Positions 50,624-60,617 of a stretch of 64,000 nt of DNA are shown in pieces. The stretch is from contig CBDETY010000003.1 of NCBI GenBank assembly GCA_965243025.1, positions 4,352,001 to 4,416,000 of the forward strand, written 5' to 3'. The DNA is from Candidatus Latescibacterota bacterium (GTDB taxonomy: Bacteria > Latescibacterota > UBA2968 > UBA8231). Each line of letters starts with the position of its first letter. Position 1 is the stretch's first letter. The position numbers and the translations under genes were made by a program. The notes under the pieces were generated by a model. The model did no database searches. It had not been told where the DNA came from and saw only the letters and a list, made by a program, of their open reading frames with translations.

Positions 50624-53600
50624 ATGCTTATCGTGAAAATCAATCTTGAAATGGGTATTAAAGGACGTTATTCGAAAATATCCACTCTTGTGTTGCTGTT
50701 GGTTCTTAACACGGCGCTGCATGCGGAGTGTAGAATTGGGGTTTGGCAGCCGGGAGGGCTAATCGGGATAGGAGCAAACGCAGATACCTCTTTTACCCAA
50801 ACCGACGTGGATAGTCTCGAGTCGTTGGGAATTGATCTGCTGATTAATACGCCAGGAGTCAGTTACGATAGAAACAGAGTCCAGGATTTCGAAGAAAGTA
50901 TTATATCCCAGTGGAATGGTAGTGGAGGGTTTGTCGTGCATAAGGCAGCGGAAGACATCGCCCATCCTAACCCAGCCAATACATAGTATGATAATTTGAC
51001 GCGTTTTGCCGGGGATTTAGACTCGCTCAATGCTGGATATCACAATCCTTTAACTCCAGATGAGGTGGATCTCCTGGACGTAGTAGTTGATTCATTGGAA
51101 AGCAAGTGGGGCGATGAGGATGCTTTCTACGGCTACCAGATCGGCCATGAAATCGACTATCAGGGACACGGTATTTACGATTCGGACACGTATGACAACA
51201 TGGTCACCGTAATCAATACTATTCGGGACCACGATACCGAGCACCGCATTATTGCCATCGGGAACACAACAGACTCACGCTGGACATCGACGGAGCAGGA
51301 CAGCTTTCGTACCCACTTCTTTGGTCCAGACTCTCTATCGGGACCTGCCAATATCTTTATGCAGGAGATCTATGAGCTCCACCCTAATCATGACAATGAA
51401 ACTGAAGTCCAGGAGGAATTCAGGGAGATTATTTCCGGGTTGGGCGAAATTGGAGATATGGTGCGCACGGCGCTCAATGAAGATCGCAAGGCGGAGTGGC
51501 ATTTTATCCCCAATGTAGCAGATCAGTGGAACGACAGTTGTCGAGTTCAGTTTGGGCGAGGTCCAACCTATGCGGAGTTGAAGGCCCAGGTGAACCTCGC
51601 GTTATCACGGGGCGCCAAGGGGGTCACCTACTTTCTTTATACAAGCTCTGACCCTGATACGTCTATTGCGGCCAATTGTATAGATGACAATTATCGATAC
51701 GATGGCTTAGTTGAGCATGCGAATCCGAATCGCAATAAGAGGGGTCCTCACTGGAATAATGTAGAGATGGTCAACGACACGCTCCGAGTCCTTGGAGATG
51801 TACTCGCTCCTTTAACCTGGGAAGAGGCCTTTCCCGGTAGCGACATTCCAGCCGGCCGCTTTGTGGAAGCCGTGGGGGCCAACGATGATTCCCTTGAGTT
51901 TGGTAGGTTTACCGATTCGGACGACAATTACCGAGACTATTTGCTGGTTTTCAATAAATACGATCTCTGGGCTGGTACAACCATTCAAACCGTGGATATA
52001 ACCATAGATGTGGATGACCTGGAGTCGTCGGATAATGATCGAGGCATGTATGTTGTTACCGACGAACACTCCGGAAACCGTCAGGTGCACAGTACGGACA
52101 GCAACGGACGGTTTGTGCTGAAGGATATCACCTTGGCCGCGGGCGCTGCCAGGCTGTTCAAAATCGAGGAAACCGCCAGCCTGTCCGATACGCTGTCCAA
52201 CGAAGAATTGTGGTCGGGGGACATAGCGGTCAGCGGGGATGTAACCGTACCCTCTGGAGCGACACTCACAATAGAGCCTGGTTCGACGATCCAATTTGCG
52301 GCGGACTCGGATGACCAGAGCGGCCCCCCTTACCCGGGTTTGTGCGCGATCAAAGTACACGGAACGCTCGTAACGGAAGGCACCAGTACGAACCAGATTA
52401 CCTTTGAATCGGATGCGACCTCTCCAGAACGCGGCGATTGGGATGGGATTCTCTTCTGGGACAGCAGTGTCGACTCCCTTTGCAGGGTCAATCACGCCGT
52501 AATTAAGCATGCAAAAAAAGGCATTTTTACCTCATCGGCGACGCCGGCCGAGCTGAACAACAACGAGATTTCAGACTGCGTGTATGGCATCCAGGGCAAC
52601 ATGGTCAGCCCAACGATTCAGGGCAACACGTTGACGGATAATCTCTACGGGCTCTATTTGTACAATACCGAACAAGGCACCGGCATCCGGGACAATACTA
52701 TAACTGACAACGCAACGGTGGGACTCTACCTTTCAAACTGCTCGGTGCCCATATACGGCTGTACTGTCAACGATAACAATAAGGGCGTCGAAATCAGGGC
52801 GGAAACGACGTCGACGTTGGATAGTTGCAGGGTCGATTCAAGCACCTATTGGGGGATCTACGCATATGGCAACAATACCGATCCCGTGTTCGAGAACTGT
52901 CGGATTGCCCATAATGACACCGTCGGATTGCGCATGTACAATGAGACCGAGCCCGAGCTGGACGACCCTGACCACCCCAACGACTTTTACAGCAATGGCT
53001 CCTATGAACTCTTCCTGAAGGGGGATTCCCGCCCCTGGCTGGACGATGCCTTCTCAGGGCTCAACGACATTGTCCCAACGGGTTCTGGCTACGCGGTGTA
53101 TATCGATCAATCCGCGAATTACGATACGCTCTACGCACGGAACAACTATTGGGGTAGTAACAGTCCTTCTTCTTCCCTATTCTCGCCGGCATCCTACATC
53201 ATTTATTCGCCTGTCGACACTACCGAAAACTTCATCGGTGCCCCAAAGGTTGTCGTAGATGGTGTTGCTGTGCAACTGGAGCAGGCCCGGGCACTGGAGA
53301 ATGCGGGACAGCTGAGGGCGGCGTCGGAAGTTTACCGAGAAGTGGTCGAGGACCACCCGGACCATCCCAAGGCGCCGCGCGCGCTGAGTCGACTCTACAC
53401 CACGTGGCGCAACAGTGGGCAAGACATGCTAGCATTTTCCGAGCTTGCCCGTGATCTTGAACAACAGGCGGGCACTCCGGAAATGCTCCGGAAGGCTCGG
53501 GCGTGGAAGCTGCGGAGTTTGCTGAATGCTGGACGGATTGCCGAGGCGCTGGAGGGCTATCGGGGGATAGCGGCGCCGGCGCCAACGTCACCCGAGGGCG

Positions 53601-54106
53601 GATGGGCTCGGATCAACATAGCGGATGTCTACCACCACTACCTGTTCGATATTGAAGCGGCGCGAGCCCAATATGAGGCGATAGCGGCTGACTTTGCTGG
53701 AGAAGAGGAAGGCGAGCTAGCCCGGATGGCGCTGGCTGATTTGGATGGGTGGGTAAGTATGGGACCTGCCAGTCCGGAGTTGGTGGATTACGCCACACAA
53801 GAAGAGCTCCCCTTGGAGGAGGAGCCCTCGGGGGTTGTTCTGGAGGCCCTGCCGAATCCGGCCAACCCGGCGATGGCTCTTCGGTTCACGCTGCCCGAGG
53901 CTATGCAAGTAGAGCTTGTGATCTTCAACATGCTGGGGCAGAAGGTGCGGACGCTGGTTCCCTTTGGACCGTGGCTGGCGGGGGGGCATAGGGTGGTATG
54001 GGATGGCAAGAACAGCCAAGGGCGCTCAGTGAGCACCGGGGTCTATGTGGCCAAACTCCTCGCCGGGAAGCAGGTCAAGAACCGGAAGGTGCTGATCCTC
54101 CGGTAG
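50624..54106 (+). pseudogene. 1160-codon surface protein (GH-like TIM barrel, beta-helix, TPR, FlgD-Ig) interrupted by one in-frame TAG at 50984-50986
   Basis: ORFs 50624-50986 and 50996-54106 share a frame; the signal peptide is only in the first part. Confidence 0.8.
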
Positions 54107-54243
54107 TCAGGCGATGCGACCGGCGGCGATCCGGTCCAGCACGGCCTGGGCGCGGGCTTCGGCCGACGGATGCCCGTCGGTCTCGACCACGACCCCCCGC
54201 ATGCCCCGGTGGGGTGACAGGGTCGCCTGGTGGTAGGCCAGGA

Positions 54244-54326
54244 ACCTACCCCCTCCAGATAGGTCCGGATCGAGGCCGGATCGGTGAGGGCGGCCAGATC
54301 CGCAGGCGCCCGCCACAGGCCGGGCA
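54244..54326 (-). mobile_element. Remnant of an IS91/ISCR-like transposase C-terminus (copy 2, 1-nt deletion)
   Basis: CPACGGRLRI / AALTDPASIRTYLEGVG. Confidence 0.65.
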
Positions 54327-54438
54327 GCCGCTGAGGGACGAAGGATCGGTGGGATGTCGTCCCGGCAGCACAGTCGAGATCGGCGCCAACGGCCGGTGGA
54401 TGGACTTCGAACCAATCTATTATGGGGAAGCATGTGTT

Positions 54439-55905
54439 ATGACAGGCATAGGATACACCTCATCTCGCACTCAGCTTAGCCATCCGGTCCGTCGGATGGG
54501 AGCCTGCCTGGTCTTTCTCTTGCTTTGGCCCATCGGTCTTATGGGGCAGCAAGACGGACAGGTGGAACTCTATACCCAGGACGGGGTACAGACGCGGTCG
54601 TACAATGCCCCCACCGTTGTGGATGTGGGCTTGCCCACCCCGGTGGACATACCCTCGGCCGTGACCGGAACCGGGCAGGGAACGCGTCTGACCGAGGTGG
54701 AATTCGTGGTACGCGAGGGGGAAGGTGGACGGGTAGCAAAGGGCATACCCCATAATGTGATTGGGGGGGGTATCGCGGAGGATCTAGCGGGCAATCTGTG
54801 GGTGGCAACCAGTGGCGGACTCAGCCGTTTCGACGGCCAGACGTGGACGACTTTCGACCAGGAGGACGGTCTTTCAAGCCGCGGAAGCGGAATATGGGAT
54901 GTGGACGTGGATCAACAGGGGCATGTATGGGTTAGCGATGGTGTCGGCATCAGCCGCTTCGATGGTCAGAGGTGGCGTCATTACAAGGGCATGTCAAATG
55001 GGATGCATATGGCTGCGGCGCCGAACGGGGATATGTGGTTTGTAGTCAGTCAGCAGCTCTATCGTTTCGATGGGGAGGATTGGTGGATATACGGCTATGA
55101 CGATGGGATTCCCGATCGAGCCCATATTCACCAGATAATAGTAGATCGGGCCGGTACTATTTGGATGGATTTCATCATTCACGACTTAGACAGGGAGGCC
55201 GAGCCAGACTGGTATAGCCTTATATCCTTCGACGGACGCCAGTGGATGGCTTACCGGCTCCATGGGGGGGGGCCAAAGAACTTCTTTGTGGATAGAAGGA
55301 ACCGACTCTGGACGGGTTCAAATGAGGGTTTGTACGTTAGGGAGAATCAGACGTGGAGACTATACGAGCGAGACGGAAGACGCTGGGTCGGATATATAAG
55401 TATGGCGGAAGATGAAGCTGGCAAATTCTGGATAAGGAATGGGAACGAATTTGGCTGGTTGGAGGGAACCACCTGGACCTATTTCCCTTGGGAGGAATTC
55501 AGGCCTGGGGTTCTGTTGATGGATAGCCAAGGCAATCTATGGATCACCTCGCGCAACGGACTGTTGAAGTGGGCATCCAGGGATCTCCCTACGCATATTG
55601 AAGGACAATCGGACGCCACCGAACCTCGCTCTTTCAACCTGATGCAAAACTATCCGAATCCCTTTAATCGGGCGACCCGAATTGGGTTTCACCTGGGAAA
55701 ACGGGTGGACCTTTCCCTGCAAGTATTCAATGCGACCGGCCAATCGGTGGCCACCTTGATGGCCGGGGTCTACCCAGCCGGGGCCTATCAGACCCATTGG
55801 GACGGACGCGATGATCAGGGGCAGGCAGTGGCCAGTGGACTCTATGTCTACCGGTTGAATACGAATTCCTGGGAGTCCAACCGCAAGATGGTTCTGGTCA
55901 AATAA
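54439..55905 (+). CDS. Secreted beta-propeller + FlgD-Ig protein, copy C
   Basis: Clear paralog of 49158-50612. Confidence 0.85.
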   Translation: MTGIGYTSSRTQLSHPVRRMGACLVFLLLWPIGLMGQQDGQVELYTQDGVQTRSYNAPTVVDVGLPTPVDIPSAVTGTGQGTRLTEVEFVVREGEGGRVAKGIPHNVIGGGIAEDLAGNLWVATSGGLSRFDGQTWTTFDQEDGLSSRGSGIWDVDVDQQGHVWVSDGVGISRFDGQRWRHYKGMSNGMHMAAAPNGDMWFVVSQQLYRFDGEDWWIYGYDDGIPDRAHIHQIIVDRAGTIWMDFIIHDLDREAEPDWYSLISFDGRQWMAYRLHGGGPKNFFVDRRNRLWTGSNEGLYVRENQTWRLYERDGRRWVGYISMAEDEAGKFWIRNGNEFGWLEGTTWTYFPWEEFRPGVLLMDSQGNLWITSRNGLLKWASRDLPTHIEGQSDATEPRSFNLMQNYPNPFNRATRIGFHLGKRVDLSLQVFNATGQSVATLMAGVYPAGAYQTHWDGRDDQGQAVASGLYVYRLNTNSWESNRKMVLVK

Positions 55906-55926
55906 GGGGCGCATAAATGCTTATTT

Positions 55927-56240
55927 ATGACAGGCATAGGATACACCTCATCTCATACCGCACTCAACTTAGCCCTCTCGTTCGCCGGATGGCAGCCCGC
56001 TTGGTCTTTCTCTTGCTTTGGCCCATTGGTCTTATAGGGCAGGAAACCGGCCAGGTAGCGCTTTATACCACCACCGGGGTTGAAATGCGATCTCTCAATG
56101 CGCCGGCGGTAGTGGATGTGGACCCGCCCATACAAGGTGGAAGTGGCATCAGCCGTGACCGGAACCGGGCAGGGGACGCGTCTGACCGATGTGCAGGCGG
56201 TTGTGAGGGAGGGAGTCGGCGGCACTCAAGCGGCAGGACT
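55927..56240 (+). pseudogene. Third, frameshifted and truncated copy of the propeller gene 5' part
   Basis: atgacaggcataggatacacc start; LVFLLLWPIGL and SAVTGTGQGTRLTDV in different frames. Confidence 0.85.
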
Positions 56241-56293
56241 AGCTCATGAGAAGGTTGGCCGGAAAGGGCTCCTGATTGATCCAGATGGCGATT

Positions 56294-56568
56294 GGCATGG
56301 TGCCTGGCCGCCTGCAATGGCCGGACCACCCGTGCTCGCATCCATCGTGGCCCGGAAACCTGCTCTATCCCCTGTGTTGGGCAGCGCACGGGAGTGTGAA
56401 GATTCCCTCACATTCCCACTGATTTCCGGCGTGGCCCCGTAATACGACTTGGACGAATCGATGGCCGTACGCCCGGCCGTCCCTTTTCCGGTTCACGGCG
56501 GCGGTAGGCGGAAGGGCGGACAGGTGCTGTGGCCGGCATGGTGCCTGACCGCCAGCAATGGCCGGACC
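56294..56568. repeat. 34-bp direct repeat pair (56294-56327, 56535-56568)
   Basis: ggcatggtgcctg(g/a)ccgcc(t/a)gcaatggccggacc, two mismatches. Confidence 0.85.
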
Positions 56569-56820
56569 CCTGCGGTACCGCCGACGTGGGAAGGGCGGGA
56601 AATACCCAAAGGCCCAACGCCTGGTCAGCGGCAGCGGAGTTTCGCAGACTCTTTTGAAGCCGCTTGCAGCGGGTCAAGCACTGCGGTCGAAAGCGACTCC
56701 CGAGTGGAGCCGCACTATTGGACTGGCCTCCAGGACAGGAAGCGACCGCACCGGGATGGAGGGGAAGCGCACCGCCGGAGCCCCTGCCACCGGGAGTGAA
56801 GGCCGCCCTACGAAAGGCAA

Positions 56821-57816
56821 ATGATGACTGACAGGATTCGCTGGGGATTCCTCGCTACCGGCTGGATGGCGGAGATGTTCGCGGAGGGCATGTCGGTGGT
56901 GCCTGACGCCGAGATCGCCGCGGTCGGCTCCCGCGCCCCCGATACCGCCGACGCCTTCGGCGACCGCTTCGAAGTCCCGCGGCGCTACGGCTCGTACGCC
57001 GAGCTCGTCGCCGACCCCGGCATCGACATCGTCTACGTCAGCAGTCCGCACCCCTTCCACCGCGAGCACACCCTGCTCGCCCTGGAGGCGGGCAAGCCGG
57101 TGCTGTGCGAAAAGCCGTTCGCCCTGAACGCCGGCGAGGCCGGTGAGATGATCGCCGCGGCGCGCTCGCGCAAGCTGTTCCTGATGGAGGCGATGTGGGC
57201 CCGCTTCATCCCGGGGATGATCAAGGTGCGGGAATGGCTCGACTCCGGGGCCATCGGCGAGGTGCGCATGCTCGACGCCGAGTTCGGCTTCCGCGCCCGC
57301 TTCGATCCCACGCAACGGCTGTTCAACCCCCAACTGGGAGGCGGCAGCCTGCTCGACATCGGCATCTATACCCTCGCCTTCGCCTCGATGGTCCTGGGGC
57401 CGCACCCCGACCGCGTCGAGGCTTTGGCCGAGATGGGGAGGAGCGGGGTCGACGACCAGGCGGCCGTGCTGCTCGGGTACTCCGGCGGGCAGATCGCCGT
57501 GCTGCGCAGCGCCGTGCGCACCACCTTCGAGGGCCGCGCCCGCATCCACGGAACCGGGGGCATGATCACCCTGGACCCGCCCTTCCACAGGACCGAGCGC
57601 GTCACCCTCGAGTCCGGTGGGCGCACCGAGCGCTACGAGTTCCCGCTGCGCCGCAACGGCTACGAGTTCGAAGCGGAGGCGGTGAACGGGTACCTGCGCG
57701 CCGGCAAGCTCGAAAGCGACGCCATCCCCCTCGACGAGACCCTCGCGCTGGTCCGCCTCATGGACCGCATCCGCGGTATATGGGGGCTGAAGTACCCCGC
57801 CGAGAGGAGCTCCTGA
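56821..57816 (+). CDS. Gfo/Idh/MocA oxidoreductase
   Basis: RWGFLATG.MA, VLCEKPF, MEAMW.RF, GGSLLDIGIY. Confidence 0.92.
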   Translation: MMTDRIRWGFLATGWMAEMFAEGMSVVPDAEIAAVGSRAPDTADAFGDRFEVPRRYGSYAELVADPGIDIVYVSSPHPFHREHTLLALEAGKPVLCEKPFALNAGEAGEMIAAARSRKLFLMEAMWARFIPGMIKVREWLDSGAIGEVRMLDAEFGFRARFDPTQRLFNPQLGGGSLLDIGIYTLAFASMVLGPHPDRVEALAEMGRSGVDDQAAVLLGYSGGQIAVLRSAVRTTFEGRARIHGTGGMITLDPPFHRTERVTLESGGRTERYEFPLRRNGYEFEAEAVNGYLRAGKLESDAIPLDETLALVRLMDRIRGIWGLKYPAERSS

Positions 57817-57819
57817 CCA

Positions 57820-58791
57820 ATGCTATACGGCGACCTTCCGTTCGCCCGGGTGCGGCCCTCGCGCCTCGTGTTCGGCACGGTCTCGCTGAACGAGGAGGAG
57901 CTCGAGGCCGGCTTCGACCTTCTCGACGCCGCCTTCGACGCCGGGTACAACGCCTTCGACACCGCGGCGCTCTACGGCGGCGGCACCTGCGAGCGGGTGC
58001 TCGGCCGCTGGATGGAGGCGCGCGGCAACCGGGACGAGGTCTTCGTCATCGGCAAGGGGGCGCATCACAACGCCGACCGCCGCCGCGTCACCTCTTTCGA
58101 CATCACCGCCGACCTGTTCGATTCCCTGGCGCGGCAGCGCCACGGCCGCATCGACCTGCACCTGCTGCACCGGGACGACCCGGACTGCGGCGTCGGTCCG
58201 ATCGTCGAGATCCTCAACGAGCACCTCGATGCCGGCCGCATCGGCGCCTTCGGCGGCTCCAACTGGACCGCACGGCGCATCGCCGAGGCCAACGAGTACG
58301 CCGGAAAGCACGGGCTGGTCCCGTTCGCCGCCAGCAGCCCCAACCTCAGCCTCGCGGTGCAGGCGCAGCCGCCCTGGGCCGACTGCCTGTCCCTGTCGGG
58401 GCCGGACGGGGCCGCCGACCGCGACTGGTACCGGCAGCAGGGGATGCCGCTGTTCACCTGGTCGAGCCTGGCCGGGGGGTTCTTCTCCGGGCGGCTGACG
58501 CGGCAGAACCGGAAAGAGGTGGGCGAGGAGTTCGGCGAGTGGTTCACCGACTGCTACTTCACGGAAGGCAACTTCGAGCGCCTCGACCGCGCCGGGGAGC
58601 TGGCCGCAGAAAAGGGGGTGTCGGTGCCGCAGATCGCCCTGGCCTGGGTCCTGCACCAGGACCTCGACATCTACGCCCTGGTGGCCCCGCGCAACGCGCG
58701 CGAGTGCGAGGAGAACGCCGCCGTGTTCGACATCGAGCTCACCGGCGCCGAGTTCGAGTGGCTCGACCTGCGGCGCGAGCAACTTTTTTGA
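57820..58791 (+). CDS. Aldo/keto reductase
   Basis: FDTA.LYG, KG.H, LLHRDDP, GGSNW, QIALAW. Confidence 0.9.
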   Translation: MLYGDLPFARVRPSRLVFGTVSLNEEELEAGFDLLDAAFDAGYNAFDTAALYGGGTCERVLGRWMEARGNRDEVFVIGKGAHHNADRRRVTSFDITADLFDSLARQRHGRIDLHLLHRDDPDCGVGPIVEILNEHLDAGRIGAFGGSNWTARRIAEANEYAGKHGLVPFAASSPNLSLAVQAQPPWADCLSLSGPDGAADRDWYRQQGMPLFTWSSLAGGFFSGRLTRQNRKEVGEEFGEWFTDCYFTEGNFERLDRAGELAAEKGVSVPQIALAWVLHQDLDIYALVAPRNARECEENAAVFDIELTGAEFEWLDLRREQLF

Positions 58792-58808
58792 GAGGAGAAC
58801 GTCCGGCC

Positions 58809-60299
58809 ATGCCCCGGAAACAGCCCAACATCATTTACATCCTCGCCGACGACATGGGGTACGGCGACATGGGGTGCAACAACCCGGAGTCGAAGATCCC
58901 CACGCCCCACCTCGACCGCCTCGCCGCCCAGGGGATGCGCTTCACCGATGCCCACGCCTCCTCCAGCGTCTGCTCTCCCAGCCGCTACGCCCTGCTCACC
59001 GGGCGCTACTGCTGGCGCACGCCGCTGAAAAGCAGCGTCCTGTGGCCCTGGGATCCGCCCCTGATCGAACCGGACCGCCTGACCGTCGCCAGGCTGCTGC
59101 AACAGCAGGGCTACCGCACCGCCTGCATCGGCAAGTGGCACCTCGGCTGGGAATGGGCGACGAAGGAGGGCCAACCGGCTTGCGGAGACGTGCCCATCGG
59201 GCAGCACGACGGGGAACAGCGACTGGCCCTCGAGCGCAACATCGACTACAGCAAGCCGATCGGGGGCGGCCCTCTCGCCTGCGGCTTCGACCATTACTTC
59301 GGCGTCGACGTGCCCAACTTCCCCCCCTACACCTGGTTCGAGCAGGACCGGCTGGCCGCGGCGCCGACCGAACAGAAGCCGGACGAGATGTTCGGCCTGC
59401 CCGGAGCCATGAAGCCGGGCTGGAAGCTGGAGGAGATGGTCCCCGAGTTCGTCCGCCGCGCCCGCGACTGGATCGCCGAGGCAGGCTCCGACCCCTTCTT
59501 CCTCTACCTGCCGCTGACCTCTCCGCACACGCCCATCGTCCCCAACGAGCCCTTCATCGGCCGCAGCGGGACCGGCCTGTACGGCGACTTCGTATGCGAA
59601 GTCGACTGGGTGGTCGGGGAAGTCATGGCCGCCCTCGACGAGCAGGGGCTGGCCGACGACACGCTGCTCGTCTTCACCAGCGACAACGGCCCCGAGTGCA
59701 TCCAGGCGGCGGCCGGCGGCTGCTACGAGCACGCGCGCCTGTTCGGCCATTACAGCATGGCCCAACTGCGCGGCGCCAAGCGGGACACCTGGGAGGGCGG
59801 ACACCGGGTGCCGTTCGTCGCCCGCTGGCCCGGGGTCGCGCCGGCAGGGTCGGTCTGCGGCCAGCTCACCCTGCTCGGGGATTTCCTTGCTACCTGCGCC
59901 GGGCTGACCGGGGTCCGGCTGCCCCCGGGAGAGGCGGAGGACAGCATCAGCATGCTGCCGCTGCTGCAGGGCCGGACCGACGCGCCGGTGCGCCGCTCCG
60001 CGGTGCATCACAGCTGCTCGGGGGGCTTCGCCCTGCGCGAGGACGACTGGGTGTTCATCGACGCTCCCTCCGGCGACGACAACGGCGAGCCGGACTGGTT
60101 CAAGGAGGAGCGGGGGTACCGCGACCACGATTTCCCCGGGGAGCTGTTCAACCTCGGGGAGGACATCTCCGAGCGGCGGAACCAGTACGGGCGGCACCCC
60201 GGGATCGTGCGCCGGCTGTCCGCCCGCCTCGAGGCCATCAAGGCCGAGGGGGAGGCTGCCGCCGGCCCGCAGGCGGGAGCGCTGGATGAGTCGGAGTAG
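58809..60299 (+). CDS. Formylglycine-dependent (Cys-type) sulfatase
   Basis: PNIIYILADDMGYGD, CSPSR..LLTGRY, GKWHLG, TSDNG, WEGGHRVP. Confidence 0.93.
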   Translation: MPRKQPNIIYILADDMGYGDMGCNNPESKIPTPHLDRLAAQGMRFTDAHASSSVCSPSRYALLTGRYCWRTPLKSSVLWPWDPPLIEPDRLTVARLLQQQGYRTACIGKWHLGWEWATKEGQPACGDVPIGQHDGEQRLALERNIDYSKPIGGGPLACGFDHYFGVDVPNFPPYTWFEQDRLAAAPTEQKPDEMFGLPGAMKPGWKLEEMVPEFVRRARDWIAEAGSDPFFLYLPLTSPHTPIVPNEPFIGRSGTGLYGDFVCEVDWVVGEVMAALDEQGLADDTLLVFTSDNGPECIQAAAGGCYEHARLFGHYSMAQLRGAKRDTWEGGHRVPFVARWPGVAPAGSVCGQLTLLGDFLATCAGLTGVRLPPGEAEDSISMLPLLQGRTDAPVRRSAVHHSCSGGFALREDDWVFIDAPSGDDNGEPDWFKEERGYRDHDFPGELFNLGEDISERRNQYGRHPGIVRRLSARLEAIKAEGEAAAGPQAGALDESE

Positions 60300-60617
60300 G
60301 TCGGGTAAAGCAGCGCGGGCCCAGTCAGGCAGGTTCGGTGAGGCAACCGCTGGCGTTTGATCCGGGCCTGGCAGCCGGGCCCAGGGTTCCGCTGACTGCT
60401 CCAATCGGCCAGGCTCGGAAGCTGCTGCCCTGGCTCCGCTGACAACTCGGACCGGCCAAGCTCCGATACGGCTTCCGGGGGTTCGCCGGCCTTCCGTTCA
60501 CCAAGGCCAATTCTCGGTCAGCGCTTGCCTCCGGACCCTGCGGCGGACCATCTCGGAGATCTCTTCGATGGAGCTGTCCGGTCTGAGCGGCGGAAGCCGG
60601 ACCTCGGACTCCGGGGA

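Larger units (their letters stand above)
49001..55924 (+). repeat. ~1.63-kb direct repeats (49001-50631 and 54283-55924) bracketing the 50624-54106 gene
   Basis: Near-identical upstream region, 5' coding part and last ~500 bp, through taaggggcgcataaatgcttat; diverged middle. Confidence 0.93.

Noticed and set aside
49158-55905. Diversity-generating retroelement (TR/VR pair)
   Set aside because: Differences are not adenine-specific, include indels, and no reverse transcriptase is in the window
57195-60299. 1034-aa sulfatase fusion; likewise the 733-aa M56 ORF and upstream-extended propeller ORFs
   Set aside because: The extensions overlap other real genes or remnants; true starts are 58809, 62399, 49158 and 54439
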